Source of the DNA: Flectonema sp. DT1601 | Lineage: Eukaryota | Assembly: GCA_964019425.1 (NCBI GenBank) | Contig: OZ025780.1 | Span: forward strand, 806,001 to 870,000 | Direction: 5' to 3' | Length of the DNA stretch: 64,000 nucleotides | Shown here: positions 56,107 to 64,000 of the stretch, one piece after another | How the letters are laid out: each line of letters opens with the position of its first letter | Numbering within the stretch: position 1 is the first letter of the stretch | Notes under the pieces: generated by a model | The model's database searches: none | Told to the model about the DNA's origin: nothing | Seen by the model: only the letters and a program-made list of their open reading frames with translations | Translations under genes and position numbers: made by a program

Positions 56107-59100
56107 ATGGAAGACACAATGCAATCTGACCTAGCGGGCGATCAGGATGTTGATGAGGAGGAGAAATCGACTACACAACTACCGGTTCTTGAGAAAGACC
56201 GTGTGGGTGAAGAGGATGATGATTCTGACCCTGGATTGGGTGGTCTGTTTCCTAACTTAGATCCTCTTAGTATATTTAAAGACTCAAATGACGAACCTAA
56301 CCCACAACCCGATGAGATACCAGACACTGCTTCAGACCTCCCTGAATATCTGCGGGGTGACTTTAGACTTTTCGAAGACAACGAAGACTTCGAAGGATTC
56401 AAAAGCATAAAACAAGAAATCAATGAAATATCAGACGGTGGTGGTATCGATCCGGAAGACTCAAATCTCTTTGTAGATGCGATTGAGGTTGGAGAGATCA
56501 ACGCTCAAATTATAGAATCGCAAGCTGAGAAGATCTCAGCAGAAGCCTACGAAGAAGAACAAAAACTAAACGAATTGGAATACTTACGAGGGGAAGAACT
56601 ACGAATGTTAGAAAGACAAGCGAGAAGAGCTACTCTTTTAGAAACTGACAGAGTCGATGATCAAATCTATCGAATGAAAGCTCGTACTCGAGAGTACGAA
56701 CTCCAGGCAAGAGAATCAATCACTCGCTTATGGAGACAAAGTGAAGATGGTCTCTTAACATCAACAGCTAACAGTGGAGGTCAGCTGTCCAAGCATCTCA
56801 ATATCAGCGCGGAAGACACCACCAACAAACGATGGATAGCAGAATGGGAGAGAACTCCTCAACCTTTGATCTTAACAATTCACGGGATCAAAGGAACAAA
56901 AGATAGACTCATGGAGGGATATTATTGTATTCACGTTGAGTTGGTTGACGTCTTAGCGGGGAACTCAATTTCATACGTCTCAAAGATTGTGGATGAGTGC
57001 AAAGCGAATACGAGACCACATCGATATTTAGGAAAGTTTTATGAATCAGAACTAACCTTTCAAGAAACACTCCGCATGGTGTGCCCATCGTCTGTTCTTC
57101 TCCGTTCACATGTTGTTTTGCAGATAGAACTGTGGCGTCTTAAAAAGGGAAAATACTCCCCCGTTGACACGAACGTTGCTTGGGCAGCCTGGCCACTTGT
57201 AGACGGAGATTTCCAAATAAAATTCGGGCGGTTTAAAGCGCCAGTCCTGTTGGGTGCAATTGACAAAACCGTAGATACGTACGCAAAGATTCAGAGCACC
57301 TTTGAAAGCGACCTCAGCAATTGGATTGGCAACTTGTACTTCACAATAGAACCTGACATGGAGAGAATTATAAAACCAGCAACTGAGCTCTCGCTCGCAC
57401 CACGAAAAGCACAAATGAACTCAACGGGGTCCTACACGGGAATAGCGAAGACTGCTTCTTTTGCAGCCTCACCGAGCGGGATTCTTAAGAAGAAGAGTGT
57501 CAAGAAGTCCTTCAGATCTGGTAGACAGCAGGACCTTGAATCCCGACCTTGGTCTCCATCAACCAGACCAGATGAGGAAATCATGAGCAAGTCTTCAACA
57601 TTGGACGTAACAAAAAATATGAGTAGCTCCCCAACGTTAGCAAAAAAGAAATCTCTTTTCAGAAATAAAGATCAGCAAGACGATGCTACAATTGGATCAC
57701 ATTCGCCATCGTTTGTAGGAGATGCATCCCCCAAGATGAGGTCTCCGAGAGCAGGCCCAAGGGGACTGAGAATCCCAAGTGCATCTCCCATTAGCAGGCC
57801 GGGTTCTGAACCGTCTCTACCAGAAGGTGGTGCGAACCGCAGGAAGGAATCCGACGGGTCGGATGTTATTGGAAGTCGTAAATCTGATTCAGAAAGTCGC
57901 AATCAGGGAGGAGGAGGAGGTGAGTACTTTCAGCTGACTGACGTCGAAGTTGTTCAAATTCGGAACACACCCGGCAGGTCCTCTCTTGTAGAATCTATTG
58001 ACGAGCCCGATCCGGTTGAAAGTCAGCCAGGTGGCGGATCAAGCGCACAATTAACTCCTGCAAACGAAAACATCATCTCCCCTGACACCGTCGACCCGGT
58101 CCCTGGCCCCGACAGGAAAGTTGAAATAGCAACTGATTTACAGTACGAACTCGGTGATGAAGTTTCGATGCTGGGCATTCAGCTGCTGTCGAAAACTTCT
58201 TTCTTCGCTGACCTTACCCCGGGAAAGACACAGTTTTCTGGGAAAGATTCTATGAAGAATAAAAATAGAGCTCACTACATGCAAGTAGTGAGCAAGAAGT
58301 CAAAGGACTGGGAGCTGCTCGACATGATTTCAAAGGAAGCAGAAGCACCACAAATATCCAACGAGGAGTTGAATGCTGGAGAGCTGGAGGTAGAGGAAGA
58401 TTTCGCTCCGGTCACTGTGGCTGAAACTCTTTTGGATAAGCCAAAGGCAAACCAACTCGCTCAAATGGCTCAGATGCTCCCTGTTTTGAAAAAAATACAA
58501 AAAACTGGAAACAGCAGCTCTGGTGTGTCTTCTGAAGAGTTTTTCAGTTCAATTTCTGGTAGGCGAGAGTTCTTCAAAATGAGACGACATTTCAGAGAAA
58601 AGCTTCCCTTTATTCAATCAGTTCTGTTCTTTGACTTCGGAATTAACCCGACTGGGAGTTGGGACAAAAGAAAAGTAGTCACTGCTGTGTTTCTGTTTCT
58701 TCTAACTGCACACATTAGAACTTTCACTCATGGTTTTGGGTTGTGGGTTTTCCTAACATCGCGAAACGTTCCGTTAATTGAAAACATTTGGATGCCACAC
58801 CGGGTGTTGATAACATTTGATGATGGCAAAGACAGTACCTTTACACCAATGTGGGAAGTCTTGGCTGTTTGTAGTGGTCAGTTGTTCTCAATTGGAATTC
58901 AGGTATTGCTGGTGTTCGTGTCAGTTATGTTACAATTTATCTTTGGATTCTTTCCTTACATCGTCTCGAGAGTTGTGTTTTGGTTCTCTTTCGCTGTTCT
59001 TCTCGATCCGTTATTCACCGTTCTACTGGATGTAATGGGCAGTCGTTGGAGACACGGAGAAGCCTTCCTGTTATACCATATGTTTGAACGGGAGGAAGGC

Positions 59101-60237
59101 GCCGGGGTACCTGGTCTGCTCTTAACCCTCGCTCTTTATCTAAAGCTTTCGCTAGTCACTGGAGCGATCTTCTATAAATTTACGACTGCTTGTCATCTAA
59201 ATGGGAGAATAAACGATGTTTATAAAAGGGTAAAATCTCCGGAATCGTCGTTCTTTGTCCCGTACGACATCGAAATCTCACAGAAGGAATTTGAACAGAT
59301 TGTTTACAACGCGCAGAACTGGAGGAGTGAGTCGGGTGATGTTAAACGAGTAGTCTGTGAAGAGGTCGACGATTTTGAATTGTGTTTGTTTAGAGAACGA
59401 TTGCTAATATTACTACAACTATCAAAGACGAACCCGGGAGATGATCCGAGCCGTTGGGTTCAAGAGTACTTCAACAAGATCACTTTAACGAGACCAAAGA
59501 GGGCAAAAAAGAGACACAAGCTTGGATCTGCACGCATTGGAAGTGATATTCGAAATCATTTAAAAAAACATTATCCATTCCTGATGGAGACTGATGACTA
59601 TCTGAGAGCGGAGAAGGCACTCGACAACTACTACGATGAGGACTATCGGGAACTGAGGGACAAAACATCCGTGCAAGACGCGGATAAAAAGGAACAAAAA
59701 CATCTTCTGCTGCGGTACTTTGAACCTCAAATTATTAATTTCCCCGTCAGGGTTTGTGAAAACCTGTCAGAGGAAGATGACTCTGACTCTGATTCCGATT
59801 GTGAAATTAAATTAAAACGGAAATACGGCGACAATGTCACGATATTTAAGGTTCTGAATACTCAACTTTTGGCAGATTTAATATTTTTCGAAACTTCAAC
59901 TTCTCTTCTTCGGAATATCCGTCTACGTGATTACCTCGGTCTTACTCTCCGTCAGAACCGTTTTGTGAGCCTGTCGGGATTTTCAATTTCTGAACCTTTC
60001 AGATCCTGCGTGGTGAATCCCATCAAAGCTGCTTTTATTACTATATACATCGCGCAGCCGGTTGACCGAAATGCTATGCGACAAGTCTTCCGATCGTTTA
60101 TCTACATGCCAAATGGTGCGTTTATTGAAGCCAATCCGGGAGCAACGGCGTTTGACCCTCTAATACACACCACTGACCATCCTGAATACTGGTCCCATAG
60201 AACTCTTGCAAGACATATGGGTTCTGCTAATGATTAG
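56107..60237 (+). CDS. Large membrane protein, OFCC1-like (coiled coil, C2-like domain, C-terminal TM bundle)
   Basis: Intact 1376-aa ORF. WERTPQP..GTKDRL..GYY, GRFKAPVLLG and HLNGRINDVYKRV..PESSFFVPYDIEIS recall the OFCC1 family from memory. Confidence 0.6.
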   Translation: MEDTMQSDLAGDQDVDEEEKSTTQLPVLEKDRVGEEDDDSDPGLGGLFPNLDPLSIFKDSNDEPNPQPDEIPDTASDLPEYLRGDFRLFEDNEDFEGFKSIKQEINEISDGGGIDPEDSNLFVDAIEVGEINAQIIESQAEKISAEAYEEEQKLNELEYLRGEELRMLERQARRATLLETDRVDDQIYRMKARTREYELQARESITRLWRQSEDGLLTSTANSGGQLSKHLNISAEDTTNKRWIAEWERTPQPLILTIHGIKGTKDRLMEGYYCIHVELVDVLAGNSISYVSKIVDECKANTRPHRYLGKFYESELTFQETLRMVCPSSVLLRSHVVLQIELWRLKKGKYSPVDTNVAWAAWPLVDGDFQIKFGRFKAPVLLGAIDKTVDTYAKIQSTFESDLSNWIGNLYFTIEPDMERIIKPATELSLAPRKAQMNSTGSYTGIAKTASFAASPSGILKKKSVKKSFRSGRQQDLESRPWSPSTRPDEEIMSKSSTLDVTKNMSSSPTLAKKKSLFRNKDQQDDATIGSHSPSFVGDASPKMRSPRAGPRGLRIPSASPISRPGSEPSLPEGGANRRKESDGSDVIGSRKSDSESRNQGGGGGEYFQLTDVEVVQIRNTPGRSSLVESIDEPDPVESQPGGGSSAQLTPANENIISPDTVDPVPGPDRKVEIATDLQYELGDEVSMLGIQLLSKTSFFADLTPGKTQFSGKDSMKNKNRAHYMQVVSKKSKDWELLDMISKEAEAPQISNEELNAGELEVEEDFAPVTVAETLLDKPKANQLAQMAQMLPVLKKIQKTGNSSSGVSSEEFFSSISGRREFFKMRRHFREKLPFIQSVLFFDFGINPTGSWDKRKVVTAVFLFLLTAHIRTFTHGFGLWVFLTSRNVPLIENIWMPHRVLITFDDGKDSTFTPMWEVLAVCSGQLFSIGIQVLLVFVSVMLQFIFGFFPYIVSRVVFWFSFAVLLDPLFTVLLDVMGSRWRHGEAFLLYHMFEREEGAGVPGLLLTLALYLKLSLVTGAIFYKFTTACHLNGRINDVYKRVKSPESSFFVPYDIEISQKEFEQIVYNAQNWRSESGDVKRVVCEEVDDFELCLFRERLLILLQLSKTNPGDDPSRWVQEYFNKITLTRPKRAKKRHKLGSARIGSDIRNHLKKHYPFLMETDDYLRAEKALDNYYDEDYRELRDKTSVQDADKKEQKHLLLRYFEPQIINFPVRVCENLSEEDDSDSDSDCEIKLKRKYGDNVTIFKVLNTQLLADLIFFETSTSLLRNIRLRDYLGLTLRQNRFVSLSGFSISEPFRSCVVNPIKAAFITIYIAQPVDRNAMRQVFRSFIYMPNGAFIEANPGATAFDPLIHTTDHPEYWSHRTLARHMGSAND

Positions 60238-60955
60238 GTTAGGGCTTATGTTTTATATTAGTTTTTTTTTAAAAAAAAAAACTATGCATGACTACTACTG
60301 CCTGATTTAACGTGTGACTTGAGCCACACTAAAAAACACACACTTACAAAAGAAAAAAAAACCTTTTTTTGCTCAACAACGTTAACTCACCAATTGCCTT
60401 ATTGCAAAGCACATAAGCAATATGATAAGCAGTAATGATGTAGATTATTTCTTTTTTTTTTTTTTTTTCTAAATCTGAAGTAGTTAGCAACTCGACTGCT
60501 GTTAATGTTTGTGACAATATTTGATTAGCTAATAATTGTCACTTTCTATGTCTCTCCCGCAGCTTGAATAGTACACTTAATGCAGTGTAAGTGTTTATAT
60601 GAGAATATGACTTTTCATTTATTATTCCAATTATTTATGCAGGACTTAAAATACATGAAAATAAGATAAAAGAAATGAGGGCTGATGTGATCGCATCCAT
60701 TTGCCTACAAAAAGAAAAAAAAAAGCTAATCAATGTAGTTCTTCAGCATAAGTGTTGGTATTTCCTTCTAACGATCGATCGATGTTTTTTTTATTTAAAT
60801 TGCTAAACTCTTTTTTCTGATAAGTGAGAATAGAGGTAAGAGGTATATGGATTACTACCTAATCACTGTATCTAAAACTAATGTTAAATTATCGTTATGT
60901 TGTTTATGATACAATATTTTTAAGCTGTAACGGGCTACAGGGCATGGAGCACTCT

Positions 60956-61185
60956 CCCGAATCCCCATATTCGACAGCACATATAGGATTTTATCGATAG
61001 CAACTGTTGGTCTCTCTTCATTGCAACCAGGTTTATTCGTTTTAGCCAGTTTCAAGTTGTTTGGCTGCCCTGGCCTCCAGTTTATATTTTGCAGCCATTT
61101 ACTACGCTGTCGCTGACAGTCAAGATGGTTGGAGAAATTGTTGCACCCCTTAGGTTTGGCCGAACCCTATATTCGTTTTAGCCAC
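60956..61185 (+). repeat. Dispersed ~120-bp repeat, copy B, plus a partial copy at ~61152-61184
   Basis: Aligns to 34462-34580; AGGTTTGGCCGAACCCTATATTCGTTTTAGCCA recurs at ~61152. Confidence 0.8.
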
Positions 61186-61265
61186 TTGTCACTGCAATCA
61201 CTTTGTTGTTTAGCTGAAGTCAGACATTCATCATTACATTTCGTAGGTTACTCAGGCGAGTTAAA

Positions 61266-62090
61266 ATGCAACTCTCGGTTACGGATTTCCTGACGTTGTT
61301 TTCACAGCTTCTGAGAGTCGCCCGTGAAGGATGCATTGCAGGTTGCAGCTGATGAGTGGGGTACCGATGCTGACTTTCTTGAACTCTCTATCGCGGCTTC
61401 GAGCAGGTAGTCGTACGGAGTGGAGGACGGCTCGCTGTTGGATGCATCGGTCGTGCGCTTGTTTGGGTTGGAATGGTTCACAGATGCTGCAAAAACAGCG
61501 AAGGCATTCCTACAAGGAGAACGGGATCAGGACGGATTTTTCTGCCTTGATACTCCCACATTCGCTGTGGATGGCTGTCTTCAGGTTGACTATGAGCGCC
61601 CAGATGATGTTACGAACTCAGCAACTCAGAACCCTCAGTCACGACCGTTTCAGATTATTTCTTATCCCATCTCGTTATAAAGGTTAGTCTGTCTGGTCTT
61701 CAATACATAATTATTTCCTCCGAGATTGCAGTTCACTGACATCTGTTAACTTACCAAACCCCAGCAATGCGTCAACTGTTGGAAACGGTTTTCTAAGTAA
61801 TTGTGTGGGAGGACAAAGTACAGAAAGGGAATGAGAGAGGAGTGTGTCGCCAAAGACAAATATGGATGGATTGATAACTCAGTGTTTCGTACAGGTGTCG
61901 TCAGTATTTCTGACAAGTTCAAGGGTGTCAAATGAGTTTTCACGACTGGCAACGACACACTGTCTTTGCGTACATGGGCAGAAACGTATTAAAGCTGCAC
62001 GGCAAGGCAGCATGCTTAGTGTACAAGAAATTAGCACATGCAAGATCTTGGAACCCGAAAAATCCACAATACTGGTAATAATATAAAAAC
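61266..62090 (+). pseudogene. Frameshifted remnant, possibly ubiquitin-like domain plus BspA-type LRR gene
   Basis: Protein-like fragments in shifting frames: MQLSVTD, VKDALQVAADEWGTDADFLELS, SYGVEDGSLLDASVVRLFGLEWF, STVGNGFLSNC (TxIGxxFLxxC-like). Confidence 0.4.
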
Positions 62091-62624
62091 CCTGCAAACC
62101 AACACTCAGACTGGGAACTGCTCAAAAGGCAAGTGAAGTATGTAATATACTCTTATAATATTTACCTTTTCATTGATTTACGTTAAACATTGTTTAAGTA
62201 TCATTTCTGTTCTCTTATCATTATTTCATTGTACTCATTTATTCAGGCTAGGAAGTCTTAACGCAAAGCGTTTTAAATAAATAAAAGAAATGCCGGATCA
62301 TAACTATGATTTCTCGGTACCAGCTAGTATCGCTGGAAAAGCCAAGGCAATACTTGGCAAAGTGGGACGCATGAAGGTGTCCCTGGAGGCAAGGAAGGTT
62401 CCAAGAAGCCATGGCACTGTTGTTGACGTGCCTGACGAGGTCAACGCCAAGGTGGTGAAGAAGTGGATGAGAAGGCTGGGGACAATGAGGCACCCTGCCC
62501 CATCGCAATGAAAGGGACCGCCGGGCAGGGTGTCAACGGTAAACTGCGGGCATGTACAACCCAATCGAGACCCAACCCCATCTGAAACATGCAGGTGGGA
62601 TCCCACTTTACTCGTAATACTTGT

Positions 62625-62801
62625 AAAAACCATTCAGATAAGCCTTATATTTTGTTGATCGCAGCTAGTTTTACTGGCGCACAGGGAAATAGATAACATG
62701 ACATAATAAATAACGGCTCTTAATCTGAATGGTTTCTTCTCCGACTTCGTCGGTGCAAAAACCATTCAGATAAGCCCATGACAAAAACCATGCAGATCAG
62801 C
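62625..62801 (-). mobile_element. Best-preserved copy of the ~130-bp element (62625-62756) followed by two partial end copies
   Basis: Perfect 13-bp inverted repeat AAACCATTCAGAT (62627-62639) / ATCTGAATGGTTT (62723-62735) and hairpin CCGAC-TTC-GTCGG (62741-62753). The reverse complement aligns with 39368-39493. Confidence 0.8.
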
Positions 62802-62834
62802 TGCACCTGCTGTCTCAAACAATGCGCAGATCTC

Positions 62835-64000
62835 GTTCCCCAGAAGTTTGAGCTGTGGCCTTTGTTTATTGCGGCCACAGCCGCAGTGTTATCTACCCGC
62901 AAATCCAGCACGTGACCCGGTCCCAAAACAGCAGCGAGTCTGGAGAGCGGCGAATACCTCCTTCAGGAACATGTGATGCCCCGAGGGAGAGGGAAATACG
63001 CCCTGGATCACCTCCTCGGGAACAACCTCCAGTACAGCGGCCCACCCCTTGCCCAAAGCATCTGACCATGCAGTCACCTCGGGACAGTCGGGGGTAGCCA
63101 AAACCCAGGCATTCTGCCGAAGCACATCCAAAACATCCAACAACTCACGCAAAACTGCCGAACTTAGCGAGAACGATTCGTCCCACTTGCACGGCTCCGC
63201 TCCAATACCCTCCCCGCTTGCCTTACAAAGGCCAGCGTCGAGCGCAGGAAACACAAACGGCGTCCCGTAGTGTACCAAAACCATACCAAGCCACCGAAGA
63301 CCCGGTAGAATGAACGAGCAGTAGGGCGTCCCCCCATCACCTCTTGCAACGCCTCCGAAGACAGCATCTTTTGAACCCAGCTCGGTGCTGACCGGTAACG
63401 CTGTGGGTTCGCCGATAAATCAAATTCTAAACCCAGAGCCTCAAAATTCGACTTCGGTACGCCAAAGTCCTCAGCGTCACTCAGACGTGCACCCACGTAA
63501 CCCGCCCTTCTCTTGAAGCTCTTGGAAAAAAAAAAAAAAAAAAGCTCGAATAACGCTGAGCAGTCTCCTCCTTCGAATCACCCACCACAAAGAAGTTGTC
63601 CACCCAAGCCACCCCGTCAGACTCCGGAAGCAGAACCATCGCCGAGCGATGGGCGATGCAAGGTGCCCAACCCCATCCCATGCACAGAGCCCGCAGCTTC
63701 GCACGCACGAACGGACCCCTCGCACCACTCAGATTCACCCCGAAGTAGTCGTCGATTCCCTGCCCTAGCGGAAACTGGTAAAACCAACTCTTGCCGTCAT
63801 CTTGGGCCACATATCGTGCCGAAAGAAAACGATGTCGCTCAACTACACCCCACTCCTCCAGGTGTTGCATGTGCCTCGAAGTTCCCGAAACGTTGGCCTG
63901 CTCCCCAGAGCCAGCCCGTCCCAGGAACGAAGAGGGCCTCGAAAGCGGAAACATCTCGAATCACGTCAATAATGCCCAGCAGTATTCCATTCGTGCCAAG
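62835..64000 (-). mobile_element. Decayed tyrosine-recombinase-class (DIRS/TATE/VIPER-like) retrotransposon pol: RT + RNase H, runs off the window
   Basis: RT motifs DGKSWFYQFPL, LCMGWGWAP, AWVDN, ALGLEFD. RNase H motifs WSDA..GWAAV, LKEVFA, LRVDNTAAVAAINKGHSS. Three frameshifts; GC content higher than the host. Confidence 0.82.

Noticed and set aside
62290..62511. 73-aa ORF after an acceptor-like AG
   Set aside because: Short, no recognisable family, and in a decayed repeat-rich zone.
1..64000. tRNA, rRNA, spliced-leader RNA genes, CRISPR arrays, alternative genetic code
   Set aside because: None recognised by eye. Conserved proteins translate normally, and TAA, TAG and TGA all serve as stops.

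Overview
AT-rich eukaryotic nuclear DNA, most likely from a euglenozoan with cis-introns such as a diplonemid (inference). All of the roughly 24 host genes lie on the + strand, most behind a pyrimidine-rich AG that looks like a trans-splice acceptor, and the calpain carries a DUF1935-like domain typical of kinetoplastid calpains. The genes include a cyclophilin-like protein, a D-2-hydroxyacid dehydrogenase, a pseudo-calpain, TMEM170-like, GSAP-like, EF-hand, PDI-like and TVP15-like proteins, a glutaredoxin-truncated globin fusion, a Dispatched-like protein, a bestrophin-like protein, a TTLL ligase and an OFCC1-like protein. There is also a three-copy tandem array of 6-phosphogluconate dehydrogenase and a three-gene mosaic adenylate cyclase array. 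The right end holds a decayed tyrosine-recombinase-type (DIRS/TATE/VIPER-like) retroelement pol. Four observations stand out. (1) The 62-93 nt GT-AG introns have a U-rich 5' half and an A-rich 3' half, no polypyrimidine tract, and all lie near gene 3' ends. (2) A ~130-bp element with asymmetric inverted repeats and a hairpin occurs four times and has an empty site in a paralogous copy. (3) Two unusual domain fusions are present: D/D-domain-6PGD and Grx-globin. (4) A 26-bp poly(A) insertion with a target-site duplication frameshifts the retroelement RT. All family calls are from motif recognition by eye; no searches were run.
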